Below, piece after piece: positions 41,034 through 49,518 of a DNA stretch of 55,884 nucleotides. This DNA comes from an uncultured Verrucomicrobiota bacterium (GTDB taxonomy: Bacteria; Verrucomicrobiota; Kiritimatiellia; JAAZAB01). Where the stretch lies: the NCBI GenBank assembly GCA_964515705.1, contig CAZEVX010000001.1, forward strand, positions 1 through 55,884. Direction: 5' to 3'. Position numbers and translations under genes: made by a program. Each line of letters begins with the position of its first letter. The stretch's first letter is position 1. The notes under the pieces were generated by a model, which saw only the letters and a program-made list of their open reading frames with translations, made no database searches and was not told the origin of the DNA.

Positions 41034-41064
41034 CGGAGGCCTGCGGCGCCGTCCGGGCGGCGCT

Positions 41065-41268
41065 TCAAGCGCGAGGCGCCCAACGCTTGCGGACCGCGGC
41101 CGGCCGTTTCAACATCTCGCGAACGCCGCGGGACGTCAGGTGCGCCAGGGTCTCCGCGGGGACGCCGAGCGCCGCCAGTCGTTTCTTCTGGGTGCGCTCG
41201 CGGCGGCGCCGCTCGCGCGGCTTCTTGGCGCGGCAGGTCAATTCCTGATTCGAACGTCCTGAACCCAT
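41065..41268 (-). CDS. Small highly basic hypothetical protein (67 aa)
   Basis: Coding-like GC3 throughout. Arg/Lys-rich (KKPRERRRRERTQKKR). Located between rplT and tatC on the same strand. Not hydrophobic, so not a TatA. Confidence 0.4.
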   Translation of the reverse strand: MGSGRSNQELTCRAKKPRERRRRERTQKKRLAALGVPAETLAHLTSRGVREMLKRPAAVRKRWAPRA

Positions 41269-41313
41269 GGCCGTGTCCTTTCCTCGGGGGAGACGTGTTG
41301 CTGCGGCGGGCGC

Positions 41314-41670
41314 CTAGGCCAGAGCGGCCTTGGCGGCGCCGGCGATCGTGGCAAACCCCTCAGGATCGTGGATCGCGATTTCCGAGAGCATTTTACGGTT
41401 GAGCGCGATCTTGGCCTTGGCGAGCCCCTCCATCAAACGGCTGTAGGTCATCCCCTGTTGGCGGCAGGCCGCCGAGAGCCGTACGATCCACAGGCTGCGG
41501 TATTCGCGCTTCTTCAGCTTGCGGTGGATCGTGGCTAGGCGCATGGCCCGGTCCACCGCTTCGGTCGCCTGCCGAAACAGCTTGCTGCGTGCCCCGTAAA
41601 AACCCGACGCCTGCTGCAGCCGGCGTTTGCGGCGCCGACGCGAGGCCGGCGCATTCGTGGCTCTTGGCAT
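41314..41670 (-). CDS. rplT: 50S ribosomal protein L20
   Basis: MPRATNAPASRRRRKRRLQQASGFYGARSKLFR matches the L20 N-terminal pattern. 118 aa. Confidence 0.92.
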   Translation of the reverse strand: MPRATNAPASRRRRKRRLQQASGFYGARSKLFRQATEAVDRAMRLATIHRKLKKREYRSLWIVRLSAACRQQGMTYSRLMEGLAKAKIALNRKMLSEIAIHDPEGFATIAGAAKAALA

Positions 41671-41702
41671 GACTCTCTCTCCCTCTTCCGTGGCCGCCGG
41701 GA

Positions 41703-41891
41703 CTAAAACAGGGGGCCGATGCGCTTCTGTTCCATGGCCGACAGCATCCGCTTGTTGCGGGCGTTGCGCTTGCGCTTGCGCGACTTGGTGGTCATGAGGT
41801 GCCCGCGCCCGGCGCCCAGGTGCACGATCTTGCCCGTCGCAGTCTTGCGGAACCGCTTTTTCAGGGCCTTCTTGGTCTTCATTTTCGGCAT
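41703..41891 (-). CDS. rpmI: 50S ribosomal protein L35
   Basis: MPKMKTKKALKKRFRKTATGKI...KRKR, 62 aa, directly upstream of rplT. Confidence 0.9.
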   Translation of the reverse strand: MPKMKTKKALKKRFRKTATGKIVHLGAGRGHLMTTKSRKRKRNARNKRMLSAMEQKRIGPLF

Positions 41892-41984
41892 CGGCTGATT
41901 CCCCCCCCCCGGTAGCGTTAAACCGGGCTCTTATACCCCATCCCGGCCGTTTGTCCAGCGAAAAACCCGGCCGGCCGTACGCCC

Positions 41985-42014
41985 TTGACTCGCGAGCGCC
42001 ATCGTTCGTATGCT
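41985..42014 (+). promoter_or_regulatory. Sigma70-like promoter driving a leaderless transcript
   Basis: TTGACT (41985-41990), N18, TATGCT (42009-42014), N6, ATG 42021. Confidence 0.5.
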
Positions 42015-42020
42015 GCTGCT

Positions 42021-42869
42021 ATGAAGGCCGCCCCCGCGCCTGCCAAAAAAACGCCCGCCGAACACCGCGACTATGTCGAGCAGATCGCCCGGTTGAGTTT
42101 CTGGTTCGCGTACGGGCTCCAGCCGCGCATACCGACGCTGGACCTGGGCGAGATTCTCGTCCGGCACACGCCGCTGTGCTACCATGCCCTGCGGTTTCAG
42201 GACTATCGGGACCCGCGCGCCGACCCCGGCTGCCGGCGCGCGCTGGATCTCGCCCGGGCCGCGGCCCGCGGCCTGCCGCCGGGCCCCCAAGGCGCGGCGC
42301 GCTTCGAGCAGACCATGGCCGTGCAGCTGCGGAGCCTGATCGACGAGCGGGCGGACCAGTGGTACGCATCCAGCGTGGGGATCGCCCCGTTGACGGCCTT
42401 CTGGGAACCGCGCCTGATCGCCGGCAGCCTGAAATTCGATCCGCCGGCCGCGGGTCGGCCGCCCACCACCTGCAACTTTCACATCGCCAACGCGATCGCC
42501 CCGCAATCGATTTTTGCCAATCCCGCATACTTGCCGAGCTGCTTCCTGGACCTCATGAACTGCGGCGAACAGGCATACGGATTTGACACCCTGGCCACCA
42601 CCTCCTGGCTCAACGACGAACCGCGCTGGCTGCGCCTGTTCCCCGCAGACTGGCATCGGACCCTCGACGCGCCCGATCCGCACGGCCTGCCGAGCTGGCA
42701 CTTCGGGTACTGGGGCCAGCTGGTCACCGCGCGCGGCACGTTCAACGCCAAAGCCGGCGAGTTCGTGCGCCGCCACGGGCGTCTGCGCTTCCGCACGCGA
42801 AGCGCGCACTGCGCGTTTCGGGCGATGCGCGATCACCTGCGCGGCCTGGCCGTGCCCGGCGTCCCGTAG
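42021..42869 (+). CDS. Hypothetical protein (282 aa)
   Basis: The ORF is 41985-42869, with the start moved to ATG 42021 on the promoter geometry. GC3 is coding-like. No confident family. Confidence 0.5.
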   Translation: MKAAPAPAKKTPAEHRDYVEQIARLSFWFAYGLQPRIPTLDLGEILVRHTPLCYHALRFQDYRDPRADPGCRRALDLARAAARGLPPGPQGAARFEQTMAVQLRSLIDERADQWYASSVGIAPLTAFWEPRLIAGSLKFDPPAAGRPPTTCNFHIANAIAPQSIFANPAYLPSCFLDLMNCGEQAYGFDTLATTSWLNDEPRWLRLFPADWHRTLDAPDPHGLPSWHFGYWGQLVTARGTFNAKAGEFVRRHGRLRFRTRSAHCAFRAMRDHLRGLAVPGVP

Positions 42870-42878
42870 CGCCACCGG

Positions 42879-43478
42879 TCACGGGGCCGCGCCCGCGACG
42901 GACAACACGACGCTTTCAAACACCTGGAAGCGGGCATTCCGGCGCCAGGCGTCCGGCGGCAGCCCCGCTTTGAGGCTGAGGTGCGTCAGGGTGTCTTCCC
43001 GCGTCCAGTGCTGCTCGACGGCGACTTCCGGCAGGAACACGGCACGCGCCGATCCCTTGGTCAGGATGATCCCGTGCGCCCCGAGCGTAAAAGCCGACGG
43101 CTCCGGAATTTCGCGGATCGGGCTGAGGATCGAGACGGACACCGTCAGCCGGCCTGCGTCGCGCGCGGAAACCGGCTCAAACCGGTAATCGTGCAGCGCG
43201 GCATTGACAGCGTTGTGGTGAACGGAGAGGTAGAGCGGCTCCTCGGGTGCCAGCGAGCCGATGCAGCCCCGCAGGTCCCCGTCGATCTTGAGCGTCACGA
43301 ACGTTGCCGTGGGTTCCTTGAGTTTTTGGGTGAGGGGATAGCCCTTGAACGGGAATGCCCCGCGCGCGGGCTGCACGCACCAGGCGAGCGTGTCGCGCGC
43401 AATGGCGAACAGGGTCTCCTGCTCGGCGGCCGTCAGCCCGGGACTCCAGGTTCCGCTGCCATGTTCCTGAATCTTCAT
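42879..43478 (-). CDS. AMMECR1-domain protein
   Basis: AAGGAGA lies 5 nt upstream of ATG 43478 (MKIQEHG). Signature LRGCIGSLAPEEPL. The ~200-aa length is typical for bacterial AMMECR1. Confidence 0.8.
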   Translation of the reverse strand: MKIQEHGSGTWSPGLTAAEQETLFAIARDTLAWCVQPARGAFPFKGYPLTQKLKEPTATFVTLKIDGDLRGCIGSLAPEEPLYLSVHHNAVNAALHDYRFEPVSARDAGRLTVSVSILSPIREIPEPSAFTLGAHGIILTKGSARAVFLPEVAVEQHWTREDTLTHLSLKAGLPPDAWRRNARFQVFESVVLSVAGAAP

Positions 43479-43597
43479 GGGGGTCTCCTTGGCGGGGGGT
43501 GTGCCCGGCGGCGGGGCGCCGCGGGGGACGTCGATGGCCGGTCCGGCAATGACGCGTCCGGCCAGGGCGGCCACGAGCAGTCCTTGCAGCAGGCGAG

Positions 43598-44491
43598 TCA
43601 TAAGTCTCCGGCCATGTCGTCGCCAGCCGTGCCGGGCCGCGAGCCCGGCCGGCGGCTGGCGCGCTCCAGGACGTCGCGGTCCCGCGCGGACAGACTGCCG
43701 AACCCGCGCCGCGAGAGGGCGTCCAGGATTTGGTCGACGGCCGCGGGAGTCGGCTCCTCGCGCGCGTCGGGGTCGGCGGGCGCCGGATACCCCGGCACCG
43801 CCCGGAACCGGCGCCGCAGCCATTGCCAGCGCAGGTCGTTCCACCAGCGGCGCGGGTCGAAGGCGCCGCGCGGCAATCCGCCGTAGCGGGCCCGCAGGCC
43901 GTACAGGTAGCCGGCCGCCCCGCCGGCCACGTGGGCGGCATAGGCAATCGCCCCCGGCTGGTGCATCATCGCCAGGAGATTGAACAGGCCCAGGCCGATC
44001 GCCAGAGTGCGCGCACGCATCGTCACCGGGATCACAAACAGCACCAGCAGCGTGACGGGGCGCGTCGGGAAAAGCGCGGCAAACGTTCCCAGCACCCCGA
44101 ACACCGCGCCCGAGGCGCCCAGGCAACGCACCAGCGGCCCGCCACTGAAGGCCAGCCAGCCCAGACCGGCCAGGACACCGCACACGCCATACAGCGCCAT
44201 GAAACGCCGCGTGCCCAGTCGGCGCTCGACCTCCGGCCCGAAAAAGAAGAGCCCGAGCATGTTCAGCAGCAGATGCCAGAGGTTGCCGTGCAGAAACAGG
44301 TAGGTGACCGGCTGCCACAGGGCGGCGTGGCGCAGGCCGTCGCGGCTCAGGCTGAGCCAGTCGGTCCAGAGGCCGCCGGTGAGGCGGTCGGCCAGAACCT
44401 GCGCCGCATAGGCGGCGACGGTCGCGATGATCAGACGGCGCACGCCCGGCAGGTCGAACCCGGCGGCCGTGGTATAGGACGCACCATACAC
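43598..44491 (-). CDS. Rhomboid-family intramembrane serine protease
   Basis: LFLHGNLWHLLLNMLGLFFFG, catalytic GASGAVFG, and HVAGGAAG. GTG start at 44491. Confidence 0.8.
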   Translation of the reverse strand: MYGASYTTAAGFDLPGVRRLIIATVAAYAAQVLADRLTGGLWTDWLSLSRDGLRHAALWQPVTYLFLHGNLWHLLLNMLGLFFFGPEVERRLGTRRFMALYGVCGVLAGLGWLAFSGGPLVRCLGASGAVFGVLGTFAALFPTRPVTLLVLFVIPVTMRARTLAIGLGLFNLLAMMHQPGAIAYAAHVAGGAAGYLYGLRARYGGLPRGAFDPRRWWNDLRWQWLRRRFRAVPGYPAPADPDAREEPTPAAVDQILDALSRRGFGSLSARDRDVLERASRRPGSRPGTAGDDMAGDL

Positions 44492-44598
44492 GGCGGCATC
44501 TCCAAATTCCCGGAACGGCGCCGCCTGACGGCGGGTGCCGTCCCGAGTGGTGGACGATGCTATCAGCCCGACGGGAAAAAAAGGAGCATAATCGCCGG

Positions 44599-45774
44599 CT
44601 AATCCCGACCTTGCAGGCAGCGGGCGATGCTGGCCGCTAGGCCCGCGAGAAAGGCGGCTTCGCCGAAGCGTTCGGCCTGGGCGCGGATGGCGGCCGTATC
44701 CCAGGCGGCGGCGGCGGCGGCGTCCACGGCGTCCAGCAGCGACGCCTCGGTCTGCTCCGCGAACAGCACGCCGGTGCGGCCCGGATCGACCGTTTCCCGC
44801 GCGCCGCCGCGGCCGAAGGCGACTACCGGCCGGCCGCAGGCCTGGGCCTCGACGGGCACGAGGCCGAAATCCTCCTCGCCGGGAAACACCAGCAGGCGGC
44901 AGCCTCGATAGAGGCGACGCAGGGCGTCGTCCGGGCAGCGGCCGAGAAACGCGATTGTCGGCCCGGCCAGCCGGCGCAGGCGCGCGTATTCCGGGCCCGT
45001 GCCGACGATGGACAGCGGGAATCCCAGGCGGGTATAGGCGCGCACGGCCAGGTCGATCCGCTTGTAGGGCACCAGGGCGGAGACCACTAGGTCGTAAGAT
45101 CCCGGGGTGGGCAGCGGCGGCGTGCCCCCGGCGGCGGGGTCAGAATCGGCGCCGCCCGGCGTCCAATAGTCCGTGCGGACGGGCGGATACACAACGTCCG
45201 CCTCGCGGCCGTAAAACCGGCGAATGCGCTCCCGCACGGTTTGGCTCAACGCCACGAACCGGTCGACGCGCTCGGACGCCGCCCGGTCCCAGGCGCGCAG
45301 CCGGCGCAGCACCGGCGCCGCGGCCGCCCGCCGGACGGGATGGGCGCCGAAGTATTCCTCCCAAAACATCCAGGCATAGCGCATTGGGGTAAAGCAATAA
45401 CACAGGTGCCTGGCCCCGGGTGGCGGGCGCAGACCCTTGGCCACGCAGTGGCTGGTGCTGATCAGCAGGCCGGCCGCAACCGGCCGCAGCCGTTCGATCG
45501 CCCCGGGAAACAGCGGCAAGGCATACCGGTAATAGCGCCCGATGCCCGGGAGACGCTGCAGCCACGAAACGGTCACCGGATGCCGCCGGATGGCCGGCGA
45601 AACCCGGTCCGGCCGGTAGATCAGGGTATAAATCGGCGCCTCCGGGAAGGCCGTCCCGATGGTTTCGAGCACGCGCTCGCCGCCGCGCATCCCGGTCAGC
45701 CAGTCGTGCGCCAGCATCACCCGGCCGGGATCGACGGGCCACGGCGGGACCGCAGACATGGGCGCAGGATCCAT
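44599..45774 (-). CDS. GT4-family glycosyltransferase
   Basis: C-terminal EEDFGLVPVEAQACGRPVVA motif. The start is taken at ATG 45774. Confidence 0.7.
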   Translation of the reverse strand: MDPAPMSAVPPWPVDPGRVMLAHDWLTGMRGGERVLETIGTAFPEAPIYTLIYRPDRVSPAIRRHPVTVSWLQRLPGIGRYYRYALPLFPGAIERLRPVAAGLLISTSHCVAKGLRPPPGARHLCYCFTPMRYAWMFWEEYFGAHPVRRAAAAPVLRRLRAWDRAASERVDRFVALSQTVRERIRRFYGREADVVYPPVRTDYWTPGGADSDPAAGGTPPLPTPGSYDLVVSALVPYKRIDLAVRAYTRLGFPLSIVGTGPEYARLRRLAGPTIAFLGRCPDDALRRLYRGCRLLVFPGEEDFGLVPVEAQACGRPVVAFGRGGARETVDPGRTGVLFAEQTEASLLDAVDAAAAAAWDTAAIRAQAERFGEAAFLAGLAASIARCLQGRD

Positions 45775-45782
45775 GGGTGGGC

Positions 45783-46976
45783 TCAAGAGGTCGGCGCGCT
45801 GGCGCCGGGCCCCGCCACGCGGTGGTAGGACTCCAGGGTTTGGCGCGCGGTGGTTTCCCAGGAAAAGCGGGCGGCCTGGCGCACGCCGCGCCGGCGCATG
45901 TCGTCGGCCAGGCGCGGATCGCTCAACACGCGCCGGAGCGCCTCGGTCAGGCCGACGCGGTCCTCCGGCTGGACTTTGAGGGCGGCATCGCCGGCCACTT
46001 CCGGCAGGGAACCCCGGTTGCTGCAGATCACCGGCGTGCCGCAGGCCATGGCTTCGATCACCGGCAGCCCGAACCCTTCGTATCGCGACGGCAGTACGAA
46101 CACGGCGGCGCGCTGGTATTCCTCCAGCAGGCGGTCTTCGGCCAGGTGCCCCAGCCAGACGACGGCGTCGGCGACCCCCAACGCCGCCGCGCGCTGTTCG
46201 GGTTCCGGGTAGCGGCGGTCCCGCGGCCCGGCCAGCCGCAGAACCACCGGTCCGCGCAGGGAAGCCCGCAGCGCGGCAAAGGACTCGATCAGCCCGAGCA
46301 CGTTCTTGTACGGGTCGGCCCGGCCCACCCAGAGAATCGCGGGCGCGCGGCCCCGCGCGCCGCCGTCCGCCGCGGGCGGCGCGCTGGCCGGCCGGAACCG
46401 CGGCGATACGCCTTCGGGAATGGCGCGCACGCGATCGGGCGGCACGCCGAGATGTGTCATGATGTCAGCCCGCGACGCCTGGCTGACCGTGAGCACCAGG
46501 TCGGCGCGCGCAACAACCTGGCGCATCAGCCAGCGGTAGACGGGGAACCAACGGCGTGTGCGGGCGCGCGGGGCATAGTCCGGAAACACCAGCGGGATCA
46601 GGTCGTGCAGCGTCACCAGGCAGCGCAGGCGACCGGGCGGCGGCGCGCCGCCCCGGCGCCGGGGAAAGGCGCGCAGCGGCACAAGGTAGTTCGGGGAATG
46701 GAACAGGTCGAGGCCGTCGGCGCGCAGGCGGCGCGGCAGGTCGAGTTGGGACTGCAGCGAGAACAGGCCGTAGGGCAGCAGACAGGCCGAGGCCCGCGGG
46801 GCGTCGGCCAGGCCGATCGCGTCCGATTCCCGCTCCATCACGGCGCGATCGCTGAAGTAGAGCCGATACGTGTTCCGGGTGTCCAACCGGAGGAGCTGCC
46901 GGAGCAGTTCGCGAGTGTAGACGCCGATGCCCGAGGTCTCCGCAAGAATCCAGCGCGCATCCAGGCCGATCTTCAT
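45783..46976 (-). CDS. GT4-family glycosyltransferase
   Basis: MKIGLDARW...SGIGVYTREL N-terminus and YEGFGLPVIEAMACGTPVI motif. Its ATG overlaps the upstream gene stop (ATGA). Confidence 0.75.
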   Translation of the reverse strand: MKIGLDARWILAETSGIGVYTRELLRQLLRLDTRNTYRLYFSDRAVMERESDAIGLADAPRASACLLPYGLFSLQSQLDLPRRLRADGLDLFHSPNYLVPLRAFPRRRGGAPPPGRLRCLVTLHDLIPLVFPDYAPRARTRRWFPVYRWLMRQVVARADLVLTVSQASRADIMTHLGVPPDRVRAIPEGVSPRFRPASAPPAADGGARGRAPAILWVGRADPYKNVLGLIESFAALRASLRGPVVLRLAGPRDRRYPEPEQRAAALGVADAVVWLGHLAEDRLLEEYQRAAVFVLPSRYEGFGLPVIEAMACGTPVICSNRGSLPEVAGDAALKVQPEDRVGLTEALRRVLSDPRLADDMRRRGVRQAARFSWETTARQTLESYHRVAGPGASAPTS

Positions 46977-48091
46977 GACGCCACATTCCGGTAGAGCGCC
47001 CAGGTCTGGCGCGCCGTTTCCCGCCAGGTATAGCGCGCGGCCCAATCCCGTCCCCGGGCGGCGAGCGCGCGCCGCGCCGCGTCGTCTGCCAACAGGCGCC
47101 GCGCCTCGCCCGCCCAGGCCTCGGCCTCGAATCCGTCCACCAGCCGGGCGCCGCCGCCGACGATTTCCGGCAGCGACCCCGCCCGCGATGCCAGGACCGG
47201 CACGCCGCAGCGCATGGCCTCGAGCGGCGGAAAGCCGAACCCCTCGTACACCGAAGGAAACAGGAACAGCGCCGCCCCGGCATAGAGCGCCGGCAGGTCG
47301 GCCTCGGGCACGTAGCCCAGCAGGCGGATCGATGCCGCGCGCGGCGAGGCGCGCAGGCGTGCCAGGATCGGCGCGTCGCGCCAGCCGCGCTGGCCGGCGA
47401 TCACCAGGTCGCCGTCGAACTCGGCGAACGCCTCGTAGACGCGCGCCAGGAAGGCCGTGTTCTTGCGCGGCTCGAGCGTACCGACGGTCAATAGGTACGG
47501 CCGGTCAAGGCCGCGCGACCGGCGCAGCCGCGCCACGGCGTCCTCCGGCGGCGGCGCCAGGTGCTCGCTCACGCCGAGCGGGATGGCGTGAATCTTGGCG
47601 GGGTCCGCCCCCAGCAGCGCGGCGATTTCGCCGGCGCAGAAGCGCGAGTCCGTGACCACGGCGTCGGCCCGCCGGACGGTATTGGCGATCCGGCGGCGCA
47701 GGAACGCCAGGTTGCGGGTCTCGGCCATCTCGGGGAAGCGCAGGAAACTGACGTCATGCACGGTCACGATCGTGCGTCCCCGGCCAGCCATGGGCGGCAG
47801 CACAAAGTTGGGAAAGTGGTAGAGGTCGGCGCGGCCGGCCAGGCGGTCGAAGGGCGGCCAGTTCAGCCGCTTCCAGCAGGCCTGGGCCAGACGACCGGGA
47901 CACCACCGCACGGCCCGCGGCTCGGCGCCAGGGACCGGCCAGTCGAGGCCGCGCCGCCGGAAATCGAAGTAGAACAGGCGCAGCCGGTCCGCGCCGCGCG
48001 CCGGCGCCAGGGCTTCGACCAGCGAGCGGGTGTAGCGCCCAACCCCCGCCCGCTGGGCCAGCCCGCTCTGAATGTCGATGCACACGTCCAC
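46973..48091 (-). CDS. GT4-family glycosyltransferase
   Basis: GVGRYTRSLVEAL N-terminus and YEGFGFPPLEAMRCGVPVLAS motif. GTG start at 48091. Confidence 0.75.
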   Translation of the reverse strand: MDVCIDIQSGLAQRAGVGRYTRSLVEALAPARGADRLRLFYFDFRRRGLDWPVPGAEPRAVRWCPGRLAQACWKRLNWPPFDRLAGRADLYHFPNFVLPPMAGRGRTIVTVHDVSFLRFPEMAETRNLAFLRRRIANTVRRADAVVTDSRFCAGEIAALLGADPAKIHAIPLGVSEHLAPPPEDAVARLRRSRGLDRPYLLTVGTLEPRKNTAFLARVYEAFAEFDGDLVIAGQRGWRDAPILARLRASPRAASIRLLGYVPEADLPALYAGAALFLFPSVYEGFGFPPLEAMRCGVPVLASRAGSLPEIVGGGARLVDGFEAEAWAGEARRLLADDAARRALAARGRDWAARYTWRETARQTWALYRNVAS

Positions 48092-48109
48092 GGCACGCCC
48101 CTTTTGCGG

Positions 48110-48137
48110 TTGACAATTGCCGCTGGCATTCTAATAC
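48110..48137 (+). promoter_or_regulatory. Sigma70-like promoter upstream of the first MFS gene
   Basis: TTGACA (48110-48115), N16, TAATAC (48132-48137). It is followed by a structured leader of about 125 nt. Confidence 0.5.
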
Positions 48138-48264
48138 AGACCCGGCCGGATGCAACGGCAGTCCCCGCGCGGCTATCCTTAAGGCTACCATGGCCGGGCG
48201 GCCCTGTCGCCCCTAAATAACGGGGCGGGCGCGTCCGGGAACAGCGGGGCCGAGACGACGTGCC

Positions 48265-49497
48265 ATGATCGACTGGAAACGCAACCTGGTCATGGTGGTC
48301 TTGTCGCAGTTCTGCTCGATGATGGGATTTGCCTTCGCGGTGCCGTTCGCCCCGTTTTACATCGAGCAGACCCTCGGCGTCAGCGATCCCGGCGCCCTGA
48401 AATTGTGGGTCTCGCTCTTCAACGCGGCGCCCTACCTGACCCTGGCAATCTTTTCCCCGATCTGGGGCGCGCTCGGCGACCGCTACGGGCGGCGGATCAT
48501 GCTGATGCGCGCCAACTTTGGCGGCATGCTCGTGCTCGCCCTCATGGGCCTGGCGCCGGGCGTCCGCACCCTGATCTGGCTGCGCCTGGCCCAGGGCGTG
48601 CTGACCGGCACGGTCAGCGCGGCCCAGACCTTTGTCTCCGTCTCCGCCCCCACCCGCCGCAGCGGATTCGTTCTGGGCATCCTCAGCGCGGCGGCCTTTT
48701 CCGGCATCCTGGCCGGCTCGTTCGCCGGCGGACTGTTCGCCGAGTGGTTCGGCTATCGCTGGGCGTTCCTGGCCTCCGGCGTCTTTCTGCTGGCCGCCGG
48801 CCTATTGATCGCGTTCGGGACCCGCGAGGCATTCGTGCCCCCGATCGCCGACGACGCGCCCGATGGCCGCCTGCGCCAGCTCTGGGGCAAGATCGCGCCC
48901 GCCCTGCCAATTCTGGCGTTGATGGCGGTGATGGGGTTCGTGATCCTGTTCGACGGCGCCTGGCTGCCCCTGCTGGTCAAGACAATCCACGGCCAGTTGC
49001 AGGGCGCGGCGGTCCGCACCGGGTCGCTGGTGGCCGTCAGCGGGATCGCCGGGTTCCTCGCCGGGCCGATCATCGGCCGCCTGGCCGATCGCTACGCGCC
49101 GCCGCGCATCGGGATGGTGTCGGCGCTCGGGGCCGGCGCCATGATGATGCTGGTCGCCACGGCCCACGGGTTCTTGCCGTTGTTCGTCGGGCGATTCGGC
49201 GCCGTGTTCTGCGCCGGCGGCCTCGACCCGGTCTTCCAAATCTGGCTGGCCAAGACGACGCCGCCGGTCTCGCGCGGTCTGATCTTCGGCTGGGCCGTCA
49301 CCGCCAAGTCGATCGGCTGGATGACCGCGCCCCTCGCCAGCGGCCTGGTGGCCTGGGGCCTGGGTCTCGACTGGGTCTTCTTCATCGCCGCCGCGCTTTT
49401 CTTCGCGCTGGCGCCGGTCATTGCCCTGGTCGTCCGCCGGCTTCCGGCGGCCGCCCCTTCGGCCGGCGCCGCGATCTCCGCCTGTCCCAACCCGTAA
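48265..49497 (+). CDS. MFS transporter (paralog 1)
   Basis: About 12 hydrophobic segments. MFS loop motif GALGDRYGRRIML. Confidence 0.8.
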   Translation: MIDWKRNLVMVVLSQFCSMMGFAFAVPFAPFYIEQTLGVSDPGALKLWVSLFNAAPYLTLAIFSPIWGALGDRYGRRIMLMRANFGGMLVLALMGLAPGVRTLIWLRLAQGVLTGTVSAAQTFVSVSAPTRRSGFVLGILSAAAFSGILAGSFAGGLFAEWFGYRWAFLASGVFLLAAGLLIAFGTREAFVPPIADDAPDGRLRQLWGKIAPALPILALMAVMGFVILFDGAWLPLLVKTIHGQLQGAAVRTGSLVAVSGIAGFLAGPIIGRLADRYAPPRIGMVSALGAGAMMMLVATAHGFLPLFVGRFGAVFCAGGLDPVFQIWLAKTTPPVSRGLIFGWAVTAKSIGWMTAPLASGLVAWGLGLDWVFFIAAALFFALAPVIALVVRRLPAAAPSAGAAISACPNP

Positions 49498-49518
49498 CCC
49501 ATCCTGGGAACACCCGCC

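Noticed and set aside
43479-44318. Long N-terminal extension of the AMMECR1 ORF (479 aa in the track), and the apparent ATGA coupling at 43598-43601
   Set aside because: The extension overlaps the rhomboid gene in another frame and is low complexity. A strong AAGGAGA-N5-ATG at 43478 gives the normal ~200-aa AMMECR1 size.
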